NCBI RefSeq assembly: GCF_004010195.1
Contig: NC_057720.1
Location: 9,556,244 to 9,614,605, forward strand
DNA length: 58,362 nucleotides
Source of the DNA: Chiloscyllium plagiosum
Lineage: Eukaryota
Direction of reading: 5' to 3'
The notes beneath the pieces are model-generated. The model saw only the letters and a list, made by a program, of their open reading frames with translations. It searched no databases and was not told the DNA's origin. Position 1 is the stretch's first letter. Every line of letters starts with the position of its first letter. Below are positions 21,376 to 34,799 of the stretch, one piece after another. The position numbers and the translations under genes are program-made.

Positions 21376-22959
21376 AAAATCCAAAGACTGTCCTCGTCCT
21401 TCTCTAGAATGTTTGCCAATGGCCTCAATGTGGTTATTAACCCATTCATTAGAGAGAATATTTGATGAGTGGACATGATTTGGACAGCTATCTGATGAAG
21501 AAGCAGTGCTTCAAATGCTAGTGATTCCAAAGAAACCTGTCGGACTATATCCTGGTGTTGCCTAATTTTTAGCTTTGATGAGTGGAAATTCAATTAGTAG
21601 CCTCTCTATCTCAGGGCAGAGGCTTTAAAATCAAGCCACACCTCAGGACATGATGATTATGGAAGGTGTGACATAATGCTACCAAACCAGGTCAACCATC
21701 GGCCTGTCACCCATCCACAGCAGGAGGGAGAGTTCCCTGGTCAGTCAGAACAGGGTGGTCGCTGAAGCATAATAGTCTCCCTACATTAAAAGTCTCCACC
21801 TGCCAGAGGATCTCCTCGTGGGTCTGCTCCTGGGCGCGCGGTGTCCACCAACACCCTGGAGTTGTTCAGGGAGAGGTGGGCGCCACAGGGATTGGAGTGT
21901 ATTATTTCCCCCTCCAACTCTATTTAGATTTAATCCCCGTCATCCTCTTCACTGTTTGATCACACAGCGTTGCCCTCCAAAAAGAGCACTGCTTTTCACT
22001 GGCCACTCAAAGAAAAATCTCCACCTGTTCATGAGCAAAATCATCCTCGTGCTGGGTTACCACAGAGAGCTCATGATCAGAAATGGGGGGAAGGTGCTGG
22101 CAATTCTCTGCTTTTAAAGAGTAAAAGGTAAGGAATCAAAGTGAATATCTGTGATAAGGCAGGGGGCATAGGGAGATTAATGAGAAACAGGATGATGAGA
22201 CAAACAAGGTTGGCTATACGACTAAAATAGGAACAAATGATTTTTCAGAAGGAGCTGTAAATAGACTTAACATAATTCTTATTAAATATTTTTCACAGTT
22301 TGAAATTAAGCAAGACACTGTGCTCTGTTCAGTTTATTCACTGGTTGCAGATATGATTTGCAGTTTGCAGACAATTGGAAATGTCATTATTATGGACAAT
22401 GACAACTTCATGCACATAGTTCTGAATAAGTGAACACTGAATGCAAGACAAATTGTAGATACAGTATGGGAGACAATAACGGGCGAGTCTGGAATTGGCG
22501 TAACATTCCATTTCAGTTTGTACCCTCTGTTGACTGTATTCAAGCTGATGCTGTTCACAAGAGTTCTGACCAGGTCATTGACTTGAAACATTAACAAGTC
22601 TGTCCCCCATGGACCCTCTCAAATATACTGAACATTTCCAGCATTTTCTGTTCTCACTTATACTCACACAGCTAGAGTGGGTGCTTACTTACAGAATGCG
22701 ATTTCAACGCTGCAAAGATGATTCAGTGTGGAATTTAATTCACCTTCTTTCTTTCTTTCATTGTTCAGAGACACGTCCTGGACACAATAGCAGCAACTGC
22801 TTGCTTTTACCTAGTAAATAAAAACTGAAAGAACTGTAAATCAGAAACAAAAACAGAAATTGCGGGAAAAGCTCAGCAGGTCTGGCAGCATCTGTGAAGA
22901 GAAGTCAGGGTTAATGTTTCGGGTCCAGTGACCCTTCCTCCGATCTTCTCAACGCATCC

Positions 22960-23180
22960 CAGATAGCTCAGTTAGCTGGATGGCTGGTTCCCAATGCTGT
23001 GACACCAATCGTGTGCATTCAACTCCTATTCTGGCAGTGATCTGCATGAAGGCCCTACCTTCTCAACTTCGCTCCTCGCCTGAGGCTTGGTGACCCTCTG
23101 ATTAAATTCACCACCAGTTGTCTCTCTCTGTCTTGTCAAAGAACACACATGGTTCTCTGGATTATAGTGATTTTCGTTGT
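22960..23180 (+). mobile_element. tRNA-derived SINE (family C)
   Basis: atagctcagttag A-box-like; ccttctcaacttcgctcctcgcctgaggcttggtgaccctc. Confidence 0.7.
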
Positions 23181-23344
23181 CATTCCTGAGTCATGAACTA
23201 CCAGATCATTTGTCAGTGTGAGACAGTAACCAGCTCTGATTGATCAAATCCCTGGGGACTGCACTACATAGCCTCTTGTTGCTAACAGCCCCACCCAGTC
23301 AATTCTCCCCCTCCTGTCTCTAAGAATTTTAGAATCAACAAAGG

Positions 23345-23765
23345 AAAGGCTGTGAACACCCTAATCTTTTGGGCGTCCTGCAATCTTCAGGGCTCAATAT
23401 AAAATTCAATCATTTTCAAGCTGAAAACCATCTTCCATGCTTTTTTATCCACCCCCATGCCCCAGGCCCTGTCACACGTGAGCTGCCTTCAGCACAGGCA
23501 ACTCATGTACATCTACTTATGGTTCCCTTTATTATATTTTCTCGCTCCCTGGCTTACCAGGGAGTATCTGAAGTATCTTTCCCTCTCTCTGATCTCCTTC
23601 TCCAAATATCCACCTATTCCTTTCCACCAGTCCACCCCCTTCCCCCATCCCACTAACCCCTGTTGTCTTCAGCATAAATCCACCTTTCTCCGAGCTACCC
23701 TCAGTTCTGGAAAAGGATCACTGGACTCAAAATGTTGGCTCTGCTTTCTCTCCACTGATGCTGCA
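23345..23765 (+). mobile_element. PLE 3' fragment (family 3)
   Basis: GVLQSSGLNIKFNHF ORF end, C-rich UTR, decayed hammerhead at 23703-23740. Confidence 0.75.
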
Positions 23766-24765
23766 AGGTATAATCAACATGGCCTTGTGTGTGGGAAATC
23801 ATGCCTCACAAACTTGGTTGAGCTTTTTGAAAAAATAACAAAGACAATTGACAAGGGAAGAGCAGTGGATGTGATCTATATGGACTTCAGTAAGGCATTC
23901 GACAAGGTTCCCCATGGGAGACTGGGTAGCAAGGTTCGATACAGTGAGAACTGGTTCGAAGGTAGAAGGTGGTAGTGGAGGGTTGTTTTTCAGGCTGGAG
24001 GACTGTGAGCAATGGAGTGCCACAAAGATCAGTGCTGGATCACTTATTTTTGTTATTTATACAAATGATTTAGATATGAACATAGGAGGTATAGTTAGTA
24101 AGTTTGCAGATGACACCAAAATTGGAGGTGTAGTGGATAGCGAAGAAGGTTACCTCAGATTACAACAGGATCTGGACCAGATGGGCCAATGGGCTGAGAA
24201 GTGGCAGATGGAGTTTAATTCAGATAAATGTGAGGTGCTGCATTTTGAAAAACCGAATCTTGGCAGAACTTCTATACTTAATGGTAAGGTCCTAAGGTGT
24301 TGCTGAACAAACAGACCTTGGAGTGCAGGTTTATAGTTCCTTGAAAGTAGATTCGCAGGTAGATAGGATAGTGAAGAAGGGCTGAGGGGTGACCTTATAA
24401 AGGTTTATAAAATCATGAGGGGCATGGATAGGATAAATAGACAAAGTCTTTTCCCTGGGGTGGAGTGCCCAGAACTAGTGGACATAGGTTTATGGTGAGA
24501 GGGGAAAGATATGAAAGAGACCTATGGGGCAACATTTTCACGCAGAGGGTGGTATGTGTATGCAATGAGCTGCCAGAGGAAGTGGTGGAGGCTGGTACAA
24601 TTGCAACATTTAAAATGCATCTGGATGGGTAAGTGAAGAGGAAGGGTTTAGAGGGATATGGGCTAAGTGCTGGTAAATGGGACGAGATTGAGTTGGGATA
24701 TCTGGTCAGCATGGATGAGTTGGACCGAAGGGTGTGTTTCCGTGCTGTACATCTCTATGACTCGA
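23766..24765 (+). mobile_element. CR1 LINE RT fragment with internal deletion
   Basis: QHGLVCGKSCLTNL..DVIYMDFSKAFDKVPH; SKFADDTKIGG; 3' UTR ctctatgactc. Confidence 0.92.
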
Positions 24766-24804
24766 TGGCTCTATGTGACCAGTCCAGCTGAGCTTCTCCA
24801 GCAA

Positions 24805-25130
24805 TTTCTGTGTTTTTTTGTGTGGCTGATGAGCCTGATCCTAGAGCCACATCTCCAACCATACACCTGGAAGGGGTTCCCAGGTGTGAAATTGGTCGTT
24901 GGCCTTGGTATTCCTTCCTCCTGTTCCTCTTCTGTACTTCCTCTTGCCAAGGGGTGTTCTTGAAGGATTGTGTCCCTTCACACAGGACCTGTCTCCAGGT
25001 TGGTTTCTCCTGCACAAGGATCTCCCATGCGTTGACATCTATGTTGCATTTCTTGATGGAAGCCTTCATGGAGTCCTTGTTCTCTTCTCATTCGACAGGC
25101 TTCTTTGAGGTGATTTCTCGTAGATACTAC
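24805..25130 (-). mobile_element. RTE-clade LINE C-terminal fragment
   Basis: KDSMKASIKKCNIDVNAWEILVQEKPTWRQVL..KRNRRKE, then CGSRIRLISH-type zinc-finger remnant. Confidence 0.75.
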
Positions 25131-26741
25131 TCAGTTGGATTTGATCATTCATGATATGAGTAAAGCATGATTCCACCATTTGTTGGGGAGACAAATCATG
25201 AAATATTAGGACAGATGCTCAGTAGCTTATTATGGGTTAATGAGCATTTAAAGGAGGGGAATGAGGGGAACTGGAGATGTTTGGGAAACAAATCCCGAGC
25301 TTAGGGCCTCAGCAACTGAAGTCATGGTTACTAATGATGGAGGGCTAAAATTTGGGGATGGCCAAGAGGCCAGATTTGAGGAATACAGTTATCACTTAAC
25401 CTAATGAAGGGAATGTAGGTTAGTTTAAGGGAAAAGGTCAGCACAACATCAAGAGTCGACAGGCCTGTACTGTGCTGTAGTGTTCTATGTTCTATGTTCT
25501 AATCCTGTAGTGCTCACTGCAATTGTAATAGTTAAAGAACTAATTCCAAACAGATTCTCTTCCGATCACACAATTGAGCAATGTTGTGTGTGAATTTTAA
25601 TTCCAGAGTGATACCAGATACAGAGACCAAATATTGAATCAAGCAACATGTTTGTCCAATTGTTCATAACCAAGCCATACTTGCAAAATCCAAATCAAAA
25701 TGTCAACTGTTTGATGTGATTTTGCTTTGGGAAGAATACACAGAATAATCCGAATGCACCTGTTGCTACATTAAAAATAAAAAGATAGTTAGTGAAGCCG
25801 GTTTGCTTGATATTACATCCAAACAAAAAGAATATGATTCGGCCATCTACCCTTTCTTTGACGATCAGGGAGCCATTGGTTCCCGTTTCTTTCTTTGTGG
25901 AAATGGCTTGGCCAATCAGCACTGACTTGTCAACCAATGAACACTCTTCTGTTTTCCTGTGCTATAAATTGTTGTGATTGGTTGAAGTTTGGCATTCTTG
26001 TGTTTCTCAAAACAAATGCAAGATTAAACATTTTTGGCCACATATTTCCCTTGTCAACACTAGTCAACATGAGAATTGTTACAAGCTGTGTGTTATTGGA
26101 AAGCGACAAATATGCATTTTATTATCTGGAGTGTATGATCTCAACACAAAACTGGCCAGACAATTCATCTGCATGTACACAGTTGTACATGTGATGTCAA
26201 GCCAACAGAAGAATAAACTTTAGACCTTCCTGTATAATCAGAGAAAACACAACAGTTGTAGTCAATCTGTAAATTTCATTGGTTAGGTAGAGTCCTTGAT
26301 TTCAATGGGATGAAAGCTAAGTAATTAATTGTCAGACAACATTGTTTGATAAGGTCCCCCACAGTAGACGATTGCACAAAATACAGAGGCATGGGATTGA
26401 GGGTGATTTAGCGGTTTGGATCAGAAATTGGCTAGCTGAAAGAAGGCAGAGGGTGTTGGTTGATGGGAAATATTCATCCTGGAGTTCAGTTAGTAGTGGA
26501 GTACTGCAAGGATCTGGTTTGGGTCCACTGCTGTTTGTCATTTTTATAAATTTGCCGATTACACTAAAGTCATGGAGCTGTGGATAGTGCAGAAGAATGT
26601 TGTAGGATACAGAGGTACACAGATAAGCTGCAGACCTGGGCTGAGAGGTGGCAAATAGAGTTTAATGTGGAAAAGTGTGAGGTGATTCACTTTGGAAGGG
26701 GCAACGGCAATGCAGAGTACTGGGCTAATGGTAAGATTCTT

Positions 26742-27468
26742 AGTTAAAAATCACACAACACCAGGTTATCGTCCAATAGATTTAATTTGAAGCACTAGCT
26801 TTCGGAGCGCTGCTCCATCATCAGGTGGTTGTGGAGGACACAATTGCAAGACACAGAATTTATAGCAAAAGTTTACAGTATGATGTAACTGAAATTATAC
26901 ATTGAACAATACTTTGGTTGTTTGTTGAGTCTTTCATCTGTTCGAATACTATGATAGTTTCACTTCTTTCATGTGTAAATCACAAAACGTTTTTTTAAAA
27001 CTTGCATTCTCAGGTTAACTGTAACAATTGGTGTTAGCTAGACAATATGTTGAAGGTGTTAGCCACGTGTTCTCGATCTGTGCCATAATGTTTAGATTGA
27101 TTCTAATCTAAAATGTGAGATAACAGAGTCTTACATGAATTCATTCAGTTTATGAGCAAAGTACAATGTAACTCTGCAAGTACAAATTCACCCCACAAAT
27201 GTATGCATGTGGGTCTTTGTGTGTGTCTGTCTGGGTTGGGGGGTTGTGAGTGTGAGAGAGAGTGAATATGTGTGTACGTGAATTAGAGTGTCTAAAGTCT
27301 GTGAGGGTATGCATGTGTGAGTGTGGGCATGCGTATTCCACAACCACCTGATGAAGGAGCAGCGCTCTGAAAGCTAGTGCTTCCAATTAAACCCGTTGGA
27401 CTACAACCTAGTGTTGTGTGATTTTTAACTTTGTACACCCCAGTCCAACACTGGCATCTCCAAATCAT
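26742..27468. mobile_element. Long palindromic PLE family 2 element with ~12-bp TSD
   Basis: Arms 26742-26835 and 27338-27430; ggtaagattctt / ggtaaggttctt flanks. Confidence 0.85.
27345..27379 (+). ncRNA. Minimal hammerhead ribozyme motif (family 2)
   Basis: cac-CUGAUGA-a-GGAGC-agc-GCUCU-GAAAGCUA-gug; inverted twin on minus strand at ~26793-26828. Confidence 0.75.
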
Positions 27469-28434
27469 GGGTAAGGTTCTTGGTAGTGTAGATGAGCAGA
27501 GAGATCTCTGTGTCTAGGTACATAGATCCCTGAAAGTTGTCACCCAGTTTGATAGGGTTGTTAAGAAGGCACAGGGTGTGTTAGCTTTTATTGGTAAAGG
27601 GATTGAGTTTTGGAACCGTGAGGTCATGCTGTGGCTGTATAAAACTCTGGTGCGGCCGCACTTGGAGTATTGTGTACAGTTCTGGTCACCGCATTATAAG
27701 AAGGATGTGGAAGCTTTGGAAAGGGTTCATAGGAGATTTACTAGGATGTTGCCTGGTATGGAGGGAAAGTCATATGAGGAAAGGTTGAGGGACTTGAGGC
27801 TGTTTTCGTTCAAGAGAAGAAGGTTGAGAGGTGACTTAATTGAGACATATAAGATAATCAGAGGGTTAGATAGGGTGGACAGGGAAAGCCTTTTTCCTTG
27901 GATGGTGATGGCTAGCATGAAGGGACATAACTTTAAATTGAGGAGTGATAGATATAGAACAGATGTCAGAGGTAAGTTCTTTACTCAGAGTAGTAGGGGT
28001 GTGGAACGCATTACCTGCAACAGTAGTAGACTCGCCAACTTTAACCTCATTTAAATGGTCATTAGATTAACATATGGACGAAAATGTAATAGTGTAGGTT
28101 AGATGGACTTCAGATTGTTGTGCCAACCTGTGCAACCTTCGAGGGTTGAAGGGCCTGCACTGCACTGTAATATTCTACATTCTATTGCACAACACCAGTT
28201 ATTGAGATATATTTAACAGTTACCAGAAGTACTGATTGCAAAACAATCAGGATCTTACAAGTGGTTTAAAATTGAATGTAAAAAATCATTATGGTCTGGT
28301 TATTTGTTCTCTACTTTAAAGTGAAATAGATATGATCATTTTTTTACTATAGTGCATAAGGTGTGATTCTCTCACCTTTCACACTGGTTGAACCAAAGGG
28401 TTTGTTTCTATGCTGTATGATTCTAGGACTTTAT

Positions 28435-28765
28435 GGGGCAACATGGTGGCTCAGTGGTCAGCAATGCTATCTCATAGTGTCAAGGACCCAGGTTTGATTC
28501 CACCCTCGGGTGATTGTCTGTCTGGAGTTTGTATATTCTCTCTGTGTCTGTGTGAGTTTCCTCTGGGTGCTCTGGTTTCCTCCCACCATCCAAAGATGGG
28601 TTGGCCATACTAAATTGCCCATAGTGTCCAGGATGTCCAAGTCAGCTGGGTTGGCCATTGGAAATGCAAGGATGCAAGGGAGTGGGTTTGGGTGGGATGC
28701 TCTTTGGATGGTTGATGTGGACTCGATGGGCTGAATAGCCTGCTTCCACACTGTAGAGATTCTGC
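28435..28765 (+). mobile_element. HE1-like V-SINE (diverged)
   Basis: ggtggctcagtggtcagca..V-domain..ccacactgtag. Confidence 0.85.
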
Positions 28766-28874
28766 GGCTTGCCTACTATAGCACTCTATGGAGTAGTAGC
28801 ATAATCCATCGGCACAATTATCAGGCGCAATGAAGGAAGTGGCTCTCAGTCAGAGTTAACACAATTCAAACAGT

Positions 28875-29085
28875 AAACTAGCTTTAGTCCTACAAGGATA
28901 TAGGGTGGCTGTATGAGAGATGACTGCTGGTGGTTTAATTTGAAGGTCACCATGCCTCAGGCAAGGGGAGAGATTGAGAAGGAGGGACTTTCATAGTAAC
29001 CTCAGCCAGTTAAGGAATTGAACCCCCACTGTTAGCATTGCTGTGCATTACAAACAAGATCTCCAGCCAACAAGCTAACCTCACA
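28875..29085 (-). mobile_element. tRNA-derived SINE (family C)
   Basis: ggtcaccatgcctcaggcaaggggagagattgagaagg..ggaattgaaccc. Confidence 0.65.
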
Positions 29086-29327
29086 GGTCAAATAGACCAG
29101 ACGAGGAATGCTATTACTTCAGTTCAAGGAGAAGGATGTTTCGGAAGAAGGGTTGCTGACCTGAAATGTTAACTCTGTTTAACTTTCTACTGATGCTACC
29201 AGAGCTGTTGAGCACTTGCAGAATTTTATGATCTTATATCACATTTTCAGCTCCGGTTGTATCTGGATTTTGTGTTCCATTGAAGAAGCATCACTCTTAG
29301 CAAGAGAATGGGGATCCCCCAAATTGA

Positions 29328-29496
29328 AACTTTATTGCTGGAACAGCACAGCAGGTCAGGCAGCATCTAGGGAACAGAAGATTCGACGTTTCGGGCACAT
29401 GCCCTTCTTCGGTTCCCTAGATGCTGCCTGACCTGCTGTGCTGTTCCAGCAATAAAGTTTCAGCTTTGATCTCCAGCGTCTGCAGACCTCACTTTT
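29328..29496. mobile_element. Palindromic PLE mini-element with 14-bp TSD
   Basis: atcccccaaattga at 29314-29327 and 29497-29510; near-identical arms. Confidence 0.9.
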
Positions 29497-29814
29497 ATCC
29501 CCCAAATTGAGCCTACCTGTGCTGAGATCAGAGCTGGTGTTGAATGGACCATTAGAGAAACAAAAGACAAGTCTCAAGAGTAAAATGACGAATGAAACTT
29601 CCTCTTGAAAAACAGATAAATAAACAAACTCATGAAGCATTGTAAGAAAAAAGAAAATATACAAATGGTGATTCAAACATCTTACATCAACACCCAAATG
29701 GGGAAGAAAAAGAAACAGAGAGCAAACAAAGAAAGGCTTGCATTTATATTGTGCCTATGACAATCTCAAATGTCACAAAGACCTTTACAGCCCAATTAGA
29801 CATATTGAAGTGTA

Positions 29815-31112
29815 GTCATAGAGTCACAGAGTCATAGAGACGTATAGGTCTAACTCTTCCATGCCGACCAGATATCTCAACCCAATCCAGTCACACCTGA
29901 CAGCACTTAGCCCATATCCCTCCAAAGTGGGTGGCACGGTGGTACAGTGGTTAGCACTGCTGCCTCACAGCGCCAGAGACCCTGGTTCAATTCCCGCCTC
30001 AGGCGACTGACTGTGTGGAGTTTGCACATTCTCCCCGTGTCTGCGTGGGTTTCCTCCGGGTGCTCCGGTTTCCTCCCACAGTCCAAAAATGTGCAGGTCA
30101 GGTGAATTGGCCATGCTAAATTGCCCCATAGTGTTAGGTGCAGGGGTAAATGTAGGGGAATGGGTCTGGTTGGGTTGCGCTTCGTCGGGTCAGTGTGGAC
30201 TTGTTGGGCCGAAGGGCCTGTTTCCACACTGTAAGTAATCTAATCTAATCAAACCCTTCCTGGTGATATACCCATTCAGATGCCTTTTAAATTGTACCAG
30301 CCTCCACTACTTCCTCTGGCAGTTCATTCCATACAAGTACCACCCTCTGCGTGAAAATGTTACCCCTTAGGTCTCTTTTATATCTTTCCCCTCTCACCTT
30401 AAACCTATGCCATCTGGTTCTGGACTCCCCCACCCCAGGGAAGAGACTTTGTCTATTTATCCTATTCATGCCCCTCATGATTTTATAACCCTCTCTAAGG
30501 TCACCCCTCAGCCTCCGACGCTCCAGGGAAAACAGCCCCAGCCTATTCAACCTCTCCCTATAGCTCAAATCCTCCAACCCTGGCAACATCCTTGTAAATC
30601 TTTTCTGAACCCTTTCAAATTTCGCAACATCCTCCTGATAGAAAGGAGACCAGAATTGCACGCAATATTCCAACAATGGCATAACCAATGTCCTGTACAG
30701 CTGCAATATGACCTGTACTCAATACTCTGACCTATAAAGGAAAGCATACCAAACGCCTTCTTCACTATCCTATCTACCTGCGACTCCACTTTCAAGGAGC
30801 TATGAACTTGCACTCCAACGTCTCTTTGTTCAGCAACACTCCCTAGGACTTTACCATTATAAGATTTGCTTTCCCAGAGTGCAGCACCTCACACTTATCC
30901 AAAATAAACTCCATCTGCCACTCCTCAGCCCCTTGGCCAATCTGATCAAGTTCCTGTTATAACCTGAGGTAATCTTCTTCACTGTCCACTACACCTCCAG
31001 TTTTGGTGTCATCTACAAATTTACTAACTGTACCTCTTATGTCACACCCAAATCATTTATACAAATGATGAAAAGTAGTGGACCCAGCACCGATCCTTGT
31101 GGCACTCCACTC
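29815..31112 (-). mobile_element. CR1 LINE 3' half, inserted in a Deu-SINE tail, interrupted by V-SINE
   Basis: ORF 30287-30706 LYRTLVMPLLEYCVQFWSPF..WNELPEEVVEAGT. Confidence 0.93.
29927..30250 (+). mobile_element. HE1-like V-SINE, full length
   Basis: gggtggcacggtggtacagtggttagcact..ggttcaattccc..(taatc)n. Confidence 0.95.
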
Positions 31113-31284
31113 CACTGAAAGGAAATTAGTTGCCTATTTGTGCACAGCAAGACCTCACAGTAAACTGCCACAAGCAGCAATGTGATAATGATCAGATAAC
31201 TTGCATTTCATGAAGTTGGTAAAGGGCTTTATTTTTCAGGGTCACCAAGAGATTGTAGCTAGAATGTAGCTAGAGCAGTTTTGC

Positions 31285-31562
31285 GCCCTGTCTGTGTGGA
31301 GTTTGCACATTCTCCCTGTGTCTGTGTGGGTTTCCTCCGGGTGCTCCTGTTTACTCCCACAGTCCAAGGATGTGCAAGTTATGTGGATTGACAATGTTAA
31401 ATTGTCCACAGTTTTCAGGGATGTATAGGTTAGATGCATTAGTCAGGGGAAATGTAAAGTAATAAGGTAGGGTAATGGGTCTGGGTGAGATACTTTTCAG
31501 AGGGTCAGTGTGGACTTGTTGGGCCAAATGGCCTGTTTCCACACTGTAGGGGTTCTATGATC
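31285..31562 (+). mobile_element. V-SINE, 5'-truncated
   Basis: V-domain and tail. Confidence 0.88.
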
Positions 31563-32104
31563 ATTTCATCTATGATTCTCTGAGGAACTTACACTGGTAA
31601 TGAAGTCAGTCCATAGACGGTTCACTAAATTGATGCCTGATATGGAGGGAATGTCTTACGAGGTGAGGTTGAGTGTTCCAGCTGTGGTCAGACGAGTGCC
31701 ACGTATAGCTTTAGTCAGGGGGTCAGTAATTTTACACTCCATTCCTTTTAAATAACAGCAACAATGTGGTTCTGGTATGTTCCTAGCTAATTGATTGTTC
31801 CTCTCACCTTCAAACCCATCATCTCCAGGAGCAGAAGACCCCAGCCTGGTTGGACTGGATAGAAACTGAGTCAGTTTCACAAGAATGTCTTTGAATGCTC
31901 GGAAAGGCCAGATTAAATGTGAATCACATCAACAGCTTTATGATGCTTGTGGAAAGCTTTCATGTTCGGTGACCTCTTTCCACACGTGGAACACCATTTA
32001 CACCCAGCGCTGCTACATTAACGATGCCAGAGGCTTTCCCAAACTGCAAGCAGAGTAGCAATCCAGTCACTTGTCTGGTGATTGGGTGGGTGTGAGAAAT
32101 CAAA

Positions 32105-33030
32105 TGGTGGAACGTGTCTTCTTGGCCTGGAATAGCAGTCTCTCGGGTTGGTGTGGCGACCTCCTGCTCTGGTTGGTGATATCTCAGCGACCCAGCATAG
32201 GAATCTCTCGGGCTGGTGTAGTGATCTCCTGCTCCAAATGGCGATATCTGAGCGGCCCGGCATGGCAGTCTCTCAGCTCAACGTGATGGTCTTTTAGCGG
32301 CACGAGGCAGTCTTCCAGCAGCTTATGCTGGTCTTTTGGTTCGGCATGGACTCCAATCAGCATGGACTTCCAGCCTTAAGGTGATTCCAGAGCAATCTCC
32401 TGGCCTCAAGTAAAGCCTTGTGTGGACTGAAGGCTAAGTGGCAGCATGGACTGGGTTGGAAGGACCATTGTTCTGATATTTTTATTTCTCAATTATTCTA
32501 ATGTATTCCTGCAATCTGTAATGTTGGACTTTTTATTCCTTGATTCTTCTAAATTTCTCCTGAAAATTTGTACTAAATGAATCTGTACCTAGGTACCTTG
32601 TACCCAAGATAGCGGCATTAGTGGCAACTTGTAAAGATTTTCTTATTCATTCATTCATGGGATGAGGACTTCTCTGGCCAACATTCATTGTCCATCCCTA
32701 ATTGCCCTGAGGGCAGTTAAGAGTCAACCACATTGCTGCGGGTCTGGAGTCACATGTAGGCCAGACCAGGTAAGGATGGCAGTTTCCTTCCCTGAAGGAC
32801 ATTAGTGAACCTGATGAGGGTTATTTTTGACAATCAACAATGGATTCACGGTCATCATTAGATTCTTAATTCCAGATATTTATTCAATTCAAAATCCACC
32901 ATCTGCTGTGGATGGACTTGAACCCTGGGTCTCCAGACCATTACCTGGGTCTCACACTAAGCCATTCCCTCCCCTCACTGTCCTCATTTAAGTGATGTGA
33001 CAATAAAGCTAACTCTAATTCTATTCAAAT
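32105..33030 (+). mobile_element. Non-autonomous element with ~65-bp internal tandem repeats and Rex-type tail, interrupted by SINE B
   Basis: Units at 32139-32203 and 32204-32268; gtacctaggtaccttgtacccaagatagcgg; tail tcactgtcc..atgtgacaataaa after 32975. Confidence 0.7.
32643..32975 (-). mobile_element. tRNA-derived SINE (family B), near full length
   Basis: Minus: gggttcaagtcc B-box, ggttcactaatgtccttcagggaaggaaactgccatccttacctggtctggcc, tail (atga)n. Confidence 0.85.
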
Positions 33031-33384
33031 CAATTCCAAGTAAGTGAAATGTAACCCTGGTCAAAATTCCTTCTGCAATTAAGTTGATCAAGTGCAGGAT
33101 GGCTGGTGACTTATTTATCCAGACTGAAGATTGTAAGTTTTGTATACGTTTGACCAGTTTCTGAATCTTATTGGAATAAACCTGCTGCAGGATCATATTC
33201 AGCATTACACAGCATTATCAGAAACAAAAAAATAAATTTCTGGGGAAACTCAGCAGGTCTGACAGCATCTGTGGGGAGGGAATCAGATTTAACGTTTTGA
33301 ATCCAGTGACCATTCTTCAAACAATACTTTGTCCAAGCACTATAAAACAACAAACAAAAGTTTTAAACATCAAACAGAAGGGTC

Positions 33385-33605
33385 TCAATTTTCTGCCCAA
33401 TGAAGCAGTTGAGGCTACCTCCTTGCCTGTTTTTTTCGGTAAAGATTAAGTAGATTTTTGAACAGTAAAGGAGTTAAGGGTTATGGTGAGTGGGCGAGTA
33501 AGCGCAGCTGAGTCCACGAAAAGATCAGCTTTGATTTTATTGAATGGTGGAGCAGGCTCAATGGGCCCTCCTGCTCCTATTTCTTCCGTTCAAATATTCT
33601 TATGT
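33385..33605 (+). mobile_element. CR1 3' fragment (PLE family 3 termini flank it at 33215-33320 and 33620-33705)
   Basis: gcagttgaggct..aagggttatgg..gaatggtggagcaggctc. Confidence 0.7.
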
Positions 33606-34799
33606 CACTAATAGAATCACAGAAACAGAAAGTGCTGGAAAAACTCAGCAGGTCTGGCAGCAACTGTGGAGAAAGAAACACAGTTCAGTGATCCTTCTTC
33701 AGAATGATAAAATGGTATTATGTTGGCTAACTCCTTCAGCAAGCGGAGAAATGTCACATTGGTGAAGCACGGATGGGCTTGTAAATTCTTCAACTGATTT
33801 TACCTTCTCTGCTTGGGTACAATTCTGACACTGGAAATGGGAGGTCTTCCTTTCCTCAACACTGCAAAACACAAAAACTGGACAAATAAGGTCTAAGTCA
33901 GCAATGGAAGTGAGGCCGGTACAATCTAAACTCCTCTCACTTATAATTCATGGATTGAAAGAGTGATTCCATAATTGGACATTCCCAGTGGTCACCACAG
34001 TGAGTATGTTTTCTCACTGGAACTGCCAAATTGCTCGGAAATCAGATACACACAGACCAAAAGTGCCTGCAGATATGCCATATATTGAATGCAGTAGTTT
34101 GTCTATATGACACAAAGTTCAGCATCATCTAGAAATCTAATAAACTACAAGGGTGTTGAAGACATTATAATTATACTTCGATCGTATTACTTGCCTACTT
34201 AAAATTATGGGGATTGAACTGTTTCTGCGATATTAATGATAAATGTTCCTATTCTTTTGCAGGGAATGCCTGAATCGATATTCTTAATGAAACCATTAGT
34301 CCAGGGGTTAAGGTTTCAGCAGTTGAAGGAGCTTCATGTTAACACATATGTTATTACTATTGCAAAATGCCATTTCATCCTCATGCATCTTTAACTTGTT
34401 TTTTATGTAATGGTTAGCCTGAAGCAGATCTGCACTTCCTCGCTGATGTGTGAATTGGAAGACAGAAATCTTTATTGAAATCTGTGTGGAATTTTGTGGA
34501 CCAAAAATCTCCCCACTGTCTCCCAATTTAAACAACCCAACAGCTATATCACATTCCTTGAGATAAATACAAGTTATTAGTATCATATTAAAACTTGTGC
34601 CAACAACAGTGTGAAGGGTCCAATTTTCAAAGGCTGCAATTCTATAGCAGGGACATTTTGAAGCTGGAAAGGTTGAAAGTTGCAATGTTTAGGGAAATTC
34701 CAAATACCGTTAGTATATGCTTTTGCTCAATGGCAACCTTTATGCCTCTGGGTCAGCAGCTTGTGAATTCAACACATTCTACCATGGTCCCATGCCAAT

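Larger units (their letters stand above)
26340..28185 (+). mobile_element. CR1 LINE 3' half interrupted by PLE 26742-27468
   Basis: FDKVPH..SGVLQGSGLGPLLF; LYKTLVRPHLEYCVQFWSPHYKKD. Confidence 0.93.

Noticed and set aside
23766..24306. Functional reverse transcriptase gene
   Set aside because: CR1 remnant with frameshifts, stops and deletions; the same applies to all RT-like ORFs here.
29927..30000. tRNA gene
   Set aside because: tRNA-derived SINE head running into the V-domain; same for the other copies.
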